Shown: positions 27,930 through 41,647, counted from the stretch's first letter. The stretch: DNA of 64,000 nt from Raillietiella orientalis (GCA_036172245.1 JAYWIR010000032.1:620001-684000), one strand, 5' to 3'. The notes: generated by a model from the sequence alone, not told the origin. A program made the numbers and translations.

Positions 27930-28110
27930 ACACGTTCCTAAGGCAATCCAAAAAAAGGAGATGCATACTCTCTCATCACTACAGATTCTTCTTACATTCT
28001 CCCTTACTCACATTCATCACCTCTCCTCTGAACTTTCTCTTTGATAGCGACGTTTCATGGATGCTGTGTGACTATCTCTCCCTTTATTTCTATCTATGGA
28101 CATGCTCTCT
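27930..28110 (-). mobile_element. Possible RTE-clade LINE or SINE 3' end fragment
   Basis: Minus-strand VRRICSDERVCISFF..LP resembles the RTE C-terminal ARR.C.DR.RWR.F pattern. Weak. Confidence 0.25.
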
Positions 28111-28149
28111 CCCAGTGTATACGGTACAAATAACTTCCAGTTCGTAACA

Positions 28150-28870
28150 AATGAAGAGAGTGCTTCTCTTAGTGTAACTATTATAACAGATTTCGCTCTG
28201 TCCTTTGGCGAATGCCAGACGTTTTGCTGCTACACGTTTTACTCTAGAACATTCTTCCGGAGATTCTGGCTGAAGAAATGGTCTAGGCAGCGAGTATCCC
28301 TGGGATTTAATGGCCTTTTCAAGAAAACGAAGTCCTTGTCAAATAAAGGGAAAAACTGGACAGGCGAACTTGGAACTTTTAGTGCTGCATGAGACTCCAG
28401 CAAGAATTAATGAACTGCTGCTGGCACGGATTGGGGTTCAGCCGCCGAACTTCACGGAAACACAAAGTGGAGATTTTTCGAAAGAAGGAATGAAACAGTA
28501 ACTGGATCCGTCAGATACGGATGCAGTGAAGATGCTTGAAAAATGCCACGAAGGAATGAAACGCCTGACAGTACCGGATGCTGCGGAAGGGTCAGCACTT
28601 CGGAAAGAGCTCTGAGGAGAAGTGAAACATTAAAAAGCCTCCGGAATTCGGTGATGGCGTTTCCCTTGTGGTATATTTGGAGATCCGCTAGAAATATCGT
28701 AGATGGAATAGGTTATCAGATGTTTAATCAGTCTTACAACAAAAAGGCAAAAAAATATGAACTCTTGCATTCGCAAGAATGTCAAGGTCGCATGATTTAA
28801 AAGTGAACTCAGCAGCAGATGCAGCGAATAAAGTGTTGCTTTGAGTAAGAGATGCAAACTTCTGAGTTAA
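28150..28870 (+). mobile_element. Probable decayed L1/Tx1-like C-terminus
   Basis: LWYIWRSARN resembles the L1/Tx1 C-terminal W.IW..RN motif. Confidence 0.35.
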
Positions 28871-31800
28871 AACACAGAGGTGAGTGGGTCCTTGCTGCAT
28901 TTAAATGAAAGGCATAGCTTTTTAACGACAGGTGTATTCATATTTAGAGTTATTGCTTAGTTTTATGAGACGAAAGATGCACTCTGAGCGTTTAAGAACA
29001 GCAGTAAAACTTCCTTTCAAGGTTGCTCACCGTCGTTTGAATTATGCACCATTATTTTCAATTAAACTGCCTTGTCTGATAGCAGTACAAGAAAGAGGGG
29101 GTTGCACGAGCTCTTTGGTGATGAAGCGAGTTGTTTACCGAACACTGAACCGTTGAATCCGAGTTGACACTCCACCGGGACCTTACGGAGACAGCTGGCT
29201 AGTCCTGAGAATTCATCGAAAATGGTCTTCAGGCATAGAGAACTCGAAGGAACGAGTGGTGCCAGATTGAGGAAGGAAAACCCAAGTTGTCCAAGGCAGA
29301 CGGTCAAGTCCTTGGCAACCGAAAGAGCCAAGCGCATCGTTGTTCTGCAGTGATGATAGCGAAAGTTCCTGCACGCGGACTCTCTGAGAAGGGACCTGCG
29401 GGCGCCAAAAGGCACCAATGCAGAGGCAAACTCAAATGGACGAAAGCTTGGAAGACAAAGAATGTGCACGTCTAAGTCCAAGACTGCGAAAGTATGTTGT
29501 GTGTTCCACAATGCAGACATTGAAATAGAAGCAGAAAAGCGGGAGCTAGAAGGCGTTCAGCTACAGGAAAGGAGCTGCAAAGAAGATGCAAGAGTCGAAC
29601 GTTCTTCCAAACGGAAGGAAAGAGTTGCATCAGGGGAAGACGCTGAAAAACAAAGACGACCGAATCTCTCCTGCGTGTTGCTCGTTTCAGATCACATTCT
29701 TACTCCTTGGCAGTGGACCTGGGATGATTCTTGCTCGGAAACCGCGCTTCAACTTTGTTCCTTAATTTGGCCTTGGTATTTTTCATAGCCTGCAGCCTTT
29801 TGCCACCTATCTACTCTACGAGCTTCCAGTGGACAGCATCGCTTTGGAGGTCTGTGATGCAAGCGGACCACGGATACACGAGGTGTCCACAGTAGCATGC
29901 TGTGAAGTGTAAAGAGAGATTTTAAAGACGTCGCCTAATACGAGCAGGAAGACAACAGATTCCCCCGAAAAATAAATGAATAAATTCGCTCCTCAAAAAT
30001 GGGAGATAATTCGGATGCTTTCTCGAAAATGCTTATTTATTTACCACAAGGGAAACATAAAGAGGTGATTGATGAACGCTGTAACGAGTTCTGGAAAGCC
30101 TTTGAATCCGGAGTTTTCGAAAAGATTCTCGAATACACCGTATGAGGTCCATCAAGGTAGGAGCAGATTACTCATTCCGAATTTCGCAATGATTGAAATC
30201 CAGCAGGAATGTGATACGAATTTGCATACTTGAAGCATCCCTTTGAAATACAAGACTCATTCTGAATAATGAATTCCAAATGACCTGCACAAATCAGATA
30301 CTGACCTGCATTCAGTATGAGCGGCAAATAACCTAATTGATTTATTAGAATTTCAAAAAGTTGCTGGAAACACATTTCAGGCATCGGAATGAAGGGAAGT
30401 TTTCACAAGAAAGGAAAACCTGAATGAATAAAGCGATTGGATTCTTTAGGCAGGATGCCCGAAGCGCTCACACGTGAATGTACGTGATGTACGTTGAATG
30501 GGTGTATTCCATTTCAGAGATGGCATCCCCCCTCTAAGTGTGCTGGCACATCTAATTCCAAATACGCAGGATACGGACAGCTACTCGTCGTTCACGTGTT
30601 CGTTTGAACGCATCCTGCAGCAAAAGAGCACCTGCTCCCGGTTTACTCCGCACATCTATTGGAAACGCTCTAATTCGTGGCAAACTGGCAATAGCTGCTA
30701 GGGATAAGCAAGTGATGAGTAATGGCAGTGACTCCAACGTAATGAGCACACATCACACGAAGCTATGATCGGTTTGATGAGATTCTCATGCACGCCAGAT
30801 GTGTTTGTTCCAGCAGCGACATCCTCAAGCTTCTTCCCAGCTGGTTGGGCCCAAATCCACTGCATTTGGGACATTCTGGTTCTCGAGATCCTTGGTGCAG
30901 GAACGGATTCCTCGAGACCATGCAATGTGCTTTCTCCTTAAGGAAAACGGTAAATGGAGAAACTTGCCCCTCCCTGTTGACAGTTTCGATCCTTCTTTCA
31001 AAGCTCCCTCATCACATCTGAGTGTTATTGGTAACTGATGGAAACCATCGTGCAGCAGCGTCCCGCAACCCTTATGTTTTCTTTGTTCTCTCAGCTTACA
31101 CATCTGCTGCTACTCCTTTGAGAGATTTGCGGAAGTCTCAGTAACAAACAAAATGCATCTTTCTGCTGCTTTTTCTTTTTTTCTTTTTTTTTATAAGTAG
31201 ATATCCACATCCATATCCGGTTTGTTTTCGACGCTCGCACACTCCTTTTTACTCGTGTACGAGCACATTCACCGGTCAGTACATGACCGCCAAGGTTGTC
31301 AGACTGGAGTGGGTCTCAGAACCAATAGATCGCGGTGCGGTGGCAGCTGTACCAAGTACCAAACCCCAGTCGATACGTAATTCATGTACAGACGATTTGA
31401 CGCCTCCTTACCCCTTCGAGGAATGTTTCTTGCAGAAGTGAGGCGCTCGACTTTACTGCCTTCTGACCCCAACGTCATTTCTTGTATTCATTTTTCTCCT
31501 GTGTGAAGCTGCTGGAGCCTTCTCAGTGCTTTTCAGTGTTGCCAAAGCCCTTTCGCGAAGAGCTTATTGTCAAAACGTGGCAGTTCTCCCATTTTCTTTT
31601 CCTTTTTTTTTTTTAAAAAAGAAAAAAAAGAAAAAATGAACCGCAATCAAAGCCTGAAACCACCTCAAGATTGTTCCTTTTTTTTTTTTTTTTTCCCCCC
31701 CCCACCATAAGCACCAGAAGAATCTTCACACAGGAAACGTAACTTTCAGCTCCTTGGAACGATTCTTGCAGCCGTGTAACGTCGGCTGCTCTTAGAAAAT

Positions 31801-33261
31801 GAAGAAGTGGATTAAAGAGTTTCTGATCTTTCGCTTCCCCAAATACGGAACGAAAATTTCATGCCGCTTCAGCGAGCTGCTTGCTCAATCCTGTGGATTT
31901 CCAGAGAGGTCATCCGTGTTTTATTTCCATCTTTCTTTCTCATTGTCTGTTTTCCTTGTCTTTCGGAGCAAATTTCCTTTCTTTGAAGGCAATTCGCAAT
32001 GAAATATTTGGTTTCTATTTTCAGAGGGACCCAGCTGACCAGGGGAAAAGTCCACCGTGGCGAGATTTGTTTTTCCGCGTTTTCCTCCCAAAAAGCTCTC
32101 TGCGCGTCTCACAAAAAGCAGGAAAATAATCGTTGAGCTTCTCCCCCCAAAGTCTCTGGAAAGGAGAAGATCTCACTTCGTCGCTAAGGTCTACACTTCG
32201 CGGGGATGGATTTTAATCTCCATGTTTATTTTTTTCCGCTTTAATGGTTTGGCTCGTTGGCTTCGTGCTGTTTTATGCACATGTAGCCACACACGTTTTG
32301 CTTAAGGTAGTGCTCATTAAGACAGATCAGCGAAGATCAGCTTGCATGAATGAGGGAAGAACACTCTTCCATAAACGCTTGGAAACCAATTCACAAGCGA
32401 TCACAAGGAGATTAAAAAATAAAAAACGAGCGCAGATTTTCACGGATATCAGGAATGCTTGCGTACGTGTTTGTACCATACTTGCACGTACACGACCTCG
32501 ACGCGTTGGAAACGGAACTCGTGTGGCAGTTTATTTTGATCCCGGTTTTTTTTTTTTTTTTTTTTTATACCTCAGTCGAGGTGGAAAAAAAAAAAAGGAT
32601 TCAGGACAATCGGTGAATTCACAGTCCATGACGGCTTTTTGGTAATTCGAATTCCTCCGCAACCTTACCAGTGCCATGGAAACCGATTCGGTGCTCAGCT
32701 GGTGATCCGAAGCCAAGCATCTGGGCTTCCCATCCGGGTATCCAAGAGAGCACGTCCTCTTCTTCATCGCGTCTTATTCGCTATTCGACGCTGAAGCGAA
32801 GCACACGCAAGCTGAGGTGTCCTCGAAAGATGCAGGAGATTCATCGTGGCTGGACCCGCCCATAAATATCACACGAAAGTTCGTTTACGAAAATCTGCTG
32901 CTCGGCTCCGAGAGATTCGGGGAGTGGGAAAATGGGGAACCATTTCACCTGGTACGGTTTCGTTCCCGGCTTCAGCTGGCGTCTCCGGGCAACGGCACAG
33001 TGTGCTCCGTACTGATGATGATTACGCCAATGATTTCGGTTATCAATAGGTGGTTTCCGCTCGCCGCTGCCGGTCCGGTGTTTTCCTAATGCAAATACGG
33101 AGAATCTCATCAATTTATGGGCATCATAAACACATAAAACACTATATAAATATAGAACACTTCATAAATGGGAACGTACGTTAATTTCTTCCGTGGAAAT
33201 TATCTAAATTAATTATGATGGTTAATCTGTCTGCAGGAAGCTTAATTGAAATATTCCGTGC

Positions 33262-34376
33262 CGATCAAAACCCCCGAAAGATGATGAAAAATAAATACAT
33301 GTGTTTTGTTTTACATAAATACACAGGTTAACGCACAAAATTTTTATTTAACATATGCGCTTATCGTTTTATACATGCTAATATGTGTGGTATACATAGA
33401 TTAATATGTAAATCAACATGGTATCGTGGAGGCTACATAAAAATAAATATACATGTTTTTTATATACATTTTTGGATAGTGACTAATATGTTAATTAACT
33501 ATATTCGTAAATGTATTTGCATGTAGATTAATCTGAAGTGTAAATATAAAAAAATACGTTTATCGATGTTTATTGATGTGCATACTATTAATAGCACTGC
33601 TGTTTTAACACATGCATATTTGTTGACATACATATTATTAATCAATTCATAATGCGTTTCTTATGTATTAATGCATACTTCTGTATGCAGATTAATATTT
33701 ATTTTGAAAAACAATAAAAATAAATGCATGTGGTATTCACATGTACTGATATCTATTTATAGATGCAATCAGTACTCATGAAATGAATTCATAAATACCG
33801 AATTATGAACATATGGATTTATGAAAGGATCGAAATCCCGAAACTGGAAGTCATCATTTACCGGGAAGGTTTTATTTACATTCAGTTGGGAGCGACAGGA
33901 AAATGAAATGAAAAATTTCTTTCTCTCTTTTTTTTTTTTTTTTTTTTTTTTTCGTTTTTCCCCACTATTTTTGACTGGCGCCACTGTTTTTTTATTTTTC
34001 GGTAATTCGGCATTTATATGTTCATTCAGTATACGTTTATCACAGAAATAAATATAGATACTGATATACATACTAAGTCTGTACATTTATTTTCATAATC
34101 CTCCACATATTGAAGGGGGGTATTTTATTATGTATTGCTAATTGCATAAATCATACTCGTGTTAAAATAAATAATCTATATATGAATACATTTAGGAATA
34201 TAGTTAGTTAACATATTAGTCACTATATAAAAATATATATAAAAAACGTGTGTATTCATTTTTATGTATCCTCCACGATAGATGTTGATTTACATATTAA
34301 TCTAAGTATATCATACATATTAACATGTATAATAAACGTATGCATTTATCTTAAAGTCCTTTGGGGATTCTGGTGG
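33262..34376. mobile_element. AT-rich foldback/MITE-like palindromic element
   Basis: 33365-33530 is a close reverse complement of 34171-34335; further inverted matches at 33603-33611/34159-34167 and 33791-33805/34003-34017; degenerate outer arms. Sharp AT-rich compositional break; no credible coding sequence. Confidence 0.78.
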
Positions 34377-36270
34377 TCCAGACCCGGTGGCTGTGTGGGC
34401 CAATATTAGCGAAGTGCATGACGCATGAAATAGTACGTGTACTTACAAACCGGTACCGTGCACCTGGCAGTATACAATACTAGGGATTCAATCTCGAAGC
34501 GGAAAACTGAACTACGGGCACGCTGAGTGGACAACATCCTCTACGTTTAGGTGGACACGCAGTGGACATCGCGCGGGTCAAAACATGTCGGAGGATCCCA
34601 CTGGCGTCCGAGCTGCTTCCCGGCTGCCCGTGCATCTGCCTGCCCCCTCCGGACCAGCTCCCTCAGGAGAAGATCGGAGCGCTCTATGACGCCGGAGGTC
34701 TTTCGTCTCGGATCAGAGAATGACGGATCTGCTGGTGTTTTTGCGCGCGCCTCACACCGCTCAGCCTCAACCTGAAGATCCTCTCGCGCTCGAGGAAGCC
34801 TTCCTTGCATCTCGCGGAATGAAGATGTGTGCGCGTGTGATTTCCTCTCGGCGCATCCCGCCGCTAACGAGCGTTCCTCATTCCGAGCAGAGCGCGTTCT
34901 CTCCCACTCAACCCGCAGATGCGTCCCCTCTTTCCGAAGCAGCGAGAGAGAGCGGCTTTCGCTACTTTTAAGGGAAGCCGGAAACTCCCCCCTTGCAGTC
35001 CAGTTTCAAGTCAGACGAGATAGTCGGACGATGGCTAAGAGAAGAGGTGGTTTCCAGATCTACTTTCGTTCGCGCGCGCTCTTGGACCAGCCTGCGCTAG
35101 GGCTGAGAGACGTTTCTTCTGGCAAGAAAGGAAAAACTTTCCGGTGCACCCTCCTCAAACACTTTCTGCTGGAGGACGCTGGAAAAAAATGAAAAAGATA
35201 AGAGGGAGTTATGACCCTAAGTAGTAGCTATAACTGCGAAATGACTTCCCCCCCCCCCCCAAATAGGGAGGCATGTGTACACGATTTGTGCCCGTACGTT
35301 CCCTGACCTGCGGTCTCGTGGATTTGCACTCGGAAACAGCGCAGGCCTGGATGACTTCCACGGACTTTTTCCGCTCCTCCAAATTGAATCATTTGCGAAT
35401 CTCCGGGAAACTGACCGATGAGTGACCATACCTGGAAAACCTGCCCGTCGGTTTATTACGCCCGGAGAAGGCACGTGTTCCACGCGAGGCGGGGAGGGCC
35501 GTGGCTCCGATCCACAGTGGGAAGCTGAAATGACCTCCGATCCGTGGGGCCTTTTCTCGCTCGGAAACTCCCGAGGAAGGAAAACTCCTTTTTATTTTCC
35601 TCCCGTTAACGACTGCTGGCTTCTTCTCCGGCAGGACTTTTAAGATGTCTCCGGAGAACAAAGTGTGACACGGAGCGACCGAAACGGTTTCATTTTTTTT
35701 TTCCTCCTCGTCCTCTTCTTCTTCTTCTTCTTCTTACTTTTTTTCCCTTCTGATCCTCATGAGTATGCGTGGTGGTGAGAAGCTTTCGGGGTTTTAGCGA
35801 AATGCTCTTCAACTGCCACAATATCTCATGTCGCCCCTTCCCTCAGTTGTTAATTGGTGTGCTCGGAAGTATCGTTATGCAAGAGTCCATTGCAGATCAG
35901 CGTGAGAACAATGCGTCCTGCAGAAGGCGTTTTAATGGGAACCAGCATCTCTAATGTTTTCCTGCTAACCATAAATCCTTCGAAAAGCAACGGCCAAGTC
36001 ATTTCATGGTAACAGATCATTGACGGATGGTGAAATAAAGCTGGAGAGAAAGAAAATGTCTTCAAATTAATTGATCCCTTGCAATTGAGGAAAGAGAAGA
36101 TGAACTGTTTGCGGCCTGGCGAAACGGGAGGGGAGGGGAAGGATTTTCTCGGATTTTCCTGGATGCAAAAAATTCGCACGGGAACGTGGAATGGGTCCAG
36201 CGGAGGACGGCGGCGAGGCTGCTGCGCGCAGATTTTCGTCGGATGCCAAGGTAAACAGTCGGATAGGCTA

Positions 36271-36345
36271 GGAGGAGGAGGAGAAGAAGAAGAGGAAGAA
36301 GAAGACGAAGAAGAAGAAGAAGAAGAGGAAGGAAAAAAAAAAAAA
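36271..36345 (+). repeat. (GGA)n(GAA)n-poly(A) purine tract
   Basis: Directly visible; explains the poly-E/S/L ORFs here. Confidence 0.9.
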
Positions 36346-37499
36346 AGAGGCAATTAGTTCGGATAGAGTCAGAACCTGGCACTTTTTGCGGAATTGATTT
36401 ATGATCGTGTTGAACTACCAGGATGCATGCATTAGGTTCCTGATTCATTCATTATTACTTAACGCGGAATGCGCCCACCGCGCGTATCTTGCAAAACCGA
36501 CCCCGAAGAGAGATCCGAGCTGCAAAATTTATTTTTGGATGGCAGTGAGATCCCCCCGGGGCGTCGGATGCGCTGCTGCAGTATTCCAGGTGAATGATTC
36601 CCGGTCCCGTGCTCGCATAATTTCCGTCCTTTCTCCGCGCGCTCCGAAGAAAACGGCTGGTGTCTTTTCTTGCGCTTTAAATTATCGATGAAAAATAAAT
36701 CCCGTGCTAATAAAAGGGGGATACTCGGATAGAAAGGAAACGCTCGCAATAAACAACCCTTATGCCTTTGATGTCCAAATCGTGCTTCGGTCAATTTGGG
36801 GCGATGTGGGTCCCACCATGGAAGGACTTGTCACAGGGCTGTTATTACGCAGGTTACTTACGGATGGCTCGAGTGGAGGAGGCGAAGGAAGCCGGCAGGG
36901 AAGAGTCCGGGCACGAGGCGCGCCGGCGGAAAGCCTCGGGAAAAGATACGTGACTGATGGAAACCGACAACCCAGCCACCCGGCCGCAGCAGCCGTCTCT
37001 CCGTTCGCCACCGGGCCGACGGGTTTCGTAAGTGAGGGCGTTTGCCGGAGCCTGGAGCCGAAAAGCGGGACGCTCCTTCGCGGCACGCAAAGAGACTGAA
37101 CGGGAACGGCCCGCCTCGAAAGGTGCTCCGGGGTCCGGCCCTCGCAGCAGACGCGTCTCGACCGTTCTCCATCACCCGGTCTCCCGGCAAAAGGAATTCC
37201 GGGGAAGGGCTTTCGGATCTCGGGGGCAGAAAGACAAACTGCGGGTGGGGCAGGCAGGCAATGCGTTGGGTAAAAGACAGATCCATTTTAAAACGCGTCG
37301 CTTCGGGAGACGATCCGGCCATATGGAACCGAACCCGAAAAGACAAGGAGGGAACTGAACGGAAGCAATGAAGATGCGGAAGGTTTCAGATGAGATTTCG
37401 AGATTCCTTTCGGTGCTAAGGAGTGGGGCGCCAGGGTATTACACAGAAAGCGTCCAAAGTGCACGAAGCGGGCCAGCCTTCAAATACATTCGAACTGAA

Positions 37500-39560
37500 T
37501 CGAAAGCTCACTGCAGGTGATCTTATAGACCTGATGCGTGCGTTTCGGGTTGTCAAGCAGAAATAAGAGATTCCAAAGCATCCACAGGATGAACACCGTA
37601 AGTCCTGAATCAGGGAGGAGCACGCTTCTCGTGTTCGAATAGAAAAAGAAAAAGAAATGCCGAGGAACGAAGGCTGAGACAGGTGTGCTTATAATCCCCC
37701 TAGAAGTCATCCAGTTAAGAAGCTAACCTTCGAGGATTTGGTCGGAAAAGGAGAGAGCGGCTGGAAACGCCCGCCTACGGTAGAAGCCTCGAGTACGCCA
37801 GAAAAGAGCCGAAAGGCCCAAGCAATGTAAATCCGGCACTGCATTCAAGTGAGACCACCAGACAAATAGCTGCAAGCAGCGGAAAACGCGCAACCGACGA
37901 CCACCTCCTCCCTCACCTGACCTGCACTCATTCATGTTTCGAATATTTCCAGAACAAATAGGAAAGATCGCGGTCTGCATCAGAATGCAGTCACTGACTT
38001 TAATCGAAATTCGAAAACCCACGCAGATTTTTCGGATTGGGATGCAAAAGAGCTTGCACGGTAACATCCGCATCTCCTCATCGACGTCGATTTCATAGTC
38101 TCGAGCCGCATAAATCAAGCATTCTGGATGGGCAGAAAGAAATGCGAGGACTTCTCCTCATCATCATATAAATTTTTTGGAATCTCATTAGCACAGGGAT
38201 TTCGAGTTCCCACAGAGTGCCCTTTGGTGAAGACGGGTCCAAGAACGCATGTGGTTCTTGCAGGCAGTGCTACGTGCCGTGAGAAGAACACTCCGTTTCC
38301 GTGCAGAGCTCAGGCAGACGTCTTCACTTTCCGAATCTTTGTCAATCGAGTGGCGAACAGAGATGCTGCGAATGTTGCTGTTCCAGCAGCGGAATCCATC
38401 CATCCAGCTGCTTCCAAATGTGCGGTTCTTGTTGCAGCACGGATTCCAAACAGAGTTCAGAGAGGGCATTTTGATTCGTCGTGAAATTAAGCAACATACC
38501 TTAATGGGCGGCACACACAAATGCCGACCGAACAGGAGCGTGCCGGTGGATAAAGGAGGATGCTTTACAATCTCCACAATCCAGACGACAGCCGCACATC
38601 CACTCAGATAGGTTCGGCGTCGATTGATTCTTCCCTTCTGATTCCAGAGGGCCGTGAAATCATTCCCGTTCATTCATCTTCAGCGAGACGCTGGCACTGC
38701 GTCGGAAGGCTCACCCAGCCGGCGAGTCGACTTTTTAGCCACATCCTCGCTAGCCGCAGAGATCTTGGAAGGGCGTCCCTGGGACGGGCGGGAGGGACTA
38801 AGAAAGCGCCCAAGAGCGTGCTCGCACCTTGCTTAAGAGCGAGCTACAGGAACAAAGCGAAGGAGCCTTTCTCGAAGAAACCAGGACGTGCTACTCTGCT
38901 CCGCCACCACCTCTCATCCTCAAAAGCTTTCCTGGAGCTCCATTCCAAAACAAAAAGCAAGTACTTCCTGTGTCTCCACAAACCTGAGGAGGTGAGGAAC
39001 CTACGGGTCGGATCTGATACGCCGTCACCATCCGCAGAAACCGTATGAGCGATGAATCCCGCGCAGCGCACTCCTTTGATCACAGGAGCGTATCGGTGGA
39101 TAAAGGGCGGTTCCTTACCGTCTCCGCAGTCCAGACGACATCCACAGATCCACTGAGACCGGTTCAGCGTCGATCGATTGTTCCCTTCTGATTCCAGAGG
39201 GCCGTGAAATCATTCCCGTTCATTCATCTGCAAGGCTGGCGCTGGCGCTGCGTCGGGAGATTGACCCAGCCGGGGAGTCCACCAAGTGTCTAGGCAGTGC
39301 TGGTCCAGACCACCGGGTTTCCACGTGTCCTAGGTTGCCTGTGAGGAATCATGTAATGCGGATCTCGTGCGGGAAGTTTCATCCACTTTTCAATTTCTGC
39401 CAAACGTGTTGGTGGGTGGTGCACGCGCGATGCGAACAGGAACTTTGCGGAATGTTCTTCTTCCCTCTGTTTCATTGCGAACGATGACCCCAGCCCGTGC
39501 TCCCAGTGTGCATCCGGGAACGCTTCTTCCTGTCATCATTTCTTTTGTGATTTTCCGTTC
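37500..39560 (-). mobile_element. Decayed L1/Tx1-like ORF2 5' part (endonuclease and linker) with internal duplication
   Basis: AGVIV..ETEGR...ARAPPT (GV.I, D.EGR, NV.AP), NDFTALW...GRI...YLS...EIVKHPPLS (FTW, RID, SDH region) and linker WMDGFRC...IRSIS. Confidence 0.62.
38532..39282. repeat. Direct repeat of ~200 bp (38532-38731 and 39082-39282)
   Basis: Offset 550 bp; the first 99 bp have 20 mismatches by hand count; a 49-bp core is identical (38631-38679 = 39181-39229). Confidence 0.93.
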
Positions 39561-39576
39561 CCTCAGCGCTTCATCA

Positions 39577-39662
39577 CTGTGCAAAATCTTATACAGATTT
39601 TAAGATCTGTACAAGATCTTGCGCAGCGTACAAATTGGACCATGATACAGATTTTAAGATCT
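39577..39662. repeat. 50-bp near-perfect palindrome plus an 18-bp direct repeat
   Basis: 39577-39626 is self-complementary with 4 transition-type mispairs; ATACAGATTTTAAGATCT occurs at 39591-39608 and 39645-39662. Confidence 0.88.
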
Positions 39663-39679
39663 CGGATACCGTTCTGTCA

Positions 39680-41300
39680 ACCTTCTGACTTTTATTCTAC
39701 CCCGGGGCGCTGGATCCGACCTCGTCCTGGAATGGCCTGGTTGGCAGCTACCAACTCCCAACGTTTGAATGCAGACCCCTCGTGCCACTCCGTAATCGTG
39801 CTGTGGTTGCAGATGCACTTGCTAAAGTTCTTTTCATCTTCCACAGCACCTGCATCTGGGATCTGTTTCCGTGAAGCATCGCTTGCTCTTCATGTTCCAC
39901 GCCATCTGCTTCCGTTCTCTCCTTTTGCCTAAGAATTTTGCTCCTTTAAGAATGAGTGATTCATTCATTGTGACAAAAGAATTCAAGACAAAAGGACGTC
40001 CCTGATTGCCTTCTTCTACTGCCAGGCATTTGAAAATATTGCTTGAGGATTATTTCTTGTAGATGGCTATCATGATGGCCGAGTTGCGCACTTCCTTCGA
40101 ATTGGATCGAATCCAAAAGTGCAGCAGGAAGCAACAGGGTTGTCAAAAACCACAGAATGGGAGTTTTCATTCGTTCCATATCTGCCTCTCTGAGAAGTCC
40201 AGGGTTTCGTGCGTTTCCTGGAGGAAGCAGGTCAGGGAAATGAAGACGGGATGCTCCTTGCAAGATGGCGGGTGTGACGTGACGCTCACGAGTCTCCCAG
40301 AATATGGAACAGTGGAAAAGCTTGTGTTTTCGAAAGCACTGGCTTTCCCACGAGGGGAAGAGTTTCCAAGCTGGTCGTCCTGGAAGGGTGGCGTGGCTAC
40401 ATTTGCGGAAATGAGCACCAGAAGGTGCCAGCCGTGCTTGGCATTCGCAGCTGACAAACCCTTTGCTTCTGATGAAATTTTGAAGACTGCGTTTGCATCT
40501 CAAGGCTCTCAAGCTCAAATCCAGCTCTGCATCATTATTTTTGCACGAATCGTCATTCCAGTTTTTGGGCCACCGTTCCTTCTTGCAGTCTTCAAGAGGT
40601 TTCCTTTATGATGTCTCTCTGACATGAGCATAACCCCCGTCCCTCTTCCGCCAGAGTCTGTTTATGCACATTCCTCTGCTTTTCCAACTGAACCTTCCGC
40701 ATGAATTCGAAAGCTCTGTTAAGATTCTCTGCGTTTGGTCTTCTGTGAGTACAAAGCTCCAGGAAAAAACTCAGTGTGAACGTCGCTGCCATTCTCTTAC
40801 TGCAGAAAACATGCGATCAATGTCGATTTTTTGCATCCTTTATAAATCATGAAGACGTCTTGAGAAGACCGTCGTGGAAGAAAAACGAACCCGGCTGTTT
40901 TCTTTGTGTTTTTCCTCCAAGCGGTAGGAGCGGGTTTAAGAAGTAAAAAGAAATTTCTAGAGGTTCTGGGTTCAAGGAAGCTGAATTTTAATATTTCTCT
41001 GAAAAGTGGTGGAATCCCAGCCTCTGAATACCAAAAGAAGATCACGCCATACCCTGTCTTAATCACCTGAAGATCGGTCTTCCCTTCAGAACTGCTTGCA
41101 AGACGTGAGGATGCTTGATCTGGACTCCGCTATCGAGAAATCACAGATGTGGCGAACTTCCCAAGAAGAGATTATTCATAAGGGTGCAGCTGCGCTGAAG
41201 TGTGGCTGAGCAAACGTCTCTCTTGGAACATCCAACAGAGGTCCCTGAAACCTCTGGAAATCCTATAGTTCTTTATCCTCATTGTCCCTGCATTTAATGT
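39680..41300 (-). mobile_element. Probable decayed LINE ORF2 3' part
   Basis: Degenerate RT C-terminal and zf-RVT-like translation across frames (e.g. TCFLQETHETLDF, DMERMKTPILW). Confidence 0.33.
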
Positions 41301-41610
41301 GTGCCTCCTACAGCTTTCAGAGCATTCCATTTTAAAGCTATATAGGCTAATGTAGATGGATTATATGTGTGCAACCAGACGCCAAATTCATTCTTTCCTC
41401 TGGATTGACGGAAAACGAAGATTTTCCTTCTTCCGTGAAAAGACACTGAAGAGCGAAATTTTCTTCTTCGCATACACTGAGTACCGAAAACTGATGAGAG
41501 AACGGATCTTATACGAATGAGCAACGATCCATCTCAAGAAAGTGTAAACAAAATCTGTAGTGCACTTTCTGAATTCTCAGGGTCCGCCAGCTACTAGAAT
41601 AGCGCAACAG

Positions 41611-41647
41611 ACACACACACACACACACACACACAAAAAAAAAAAAA
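41611..41647 (+). repeat. (AC)12 plus poly(A)
   Basis: Directly visible. Confidence 0.9.

Noticed and set aside
29050..29700. Possible LINE ORF1 zinc-knuckle remnant
   Set aside because: Cys/His spacing is too degraded to support a call.
34023..34039. Minus-strand TAAACGTATACTGAATG matches, from memory, the 5' arm start of the arthropod Hox microRNA iab-4
   Set aside because: The match stops before the end of the mature sequence and there is no complementary 3' arm. It lies in an AT-rich element where TACGTTTAT recurs, so chance is likely. A miRBase/Rfam search would settle it.
35203..35245. GGGAGTTATGACCCTAAGTAG...GCGAAATG resembles LSU rRNA near the R2/homing endonuclease site
   Set aside because: The similarity is short and gapped, with no flanking rRNA homology.
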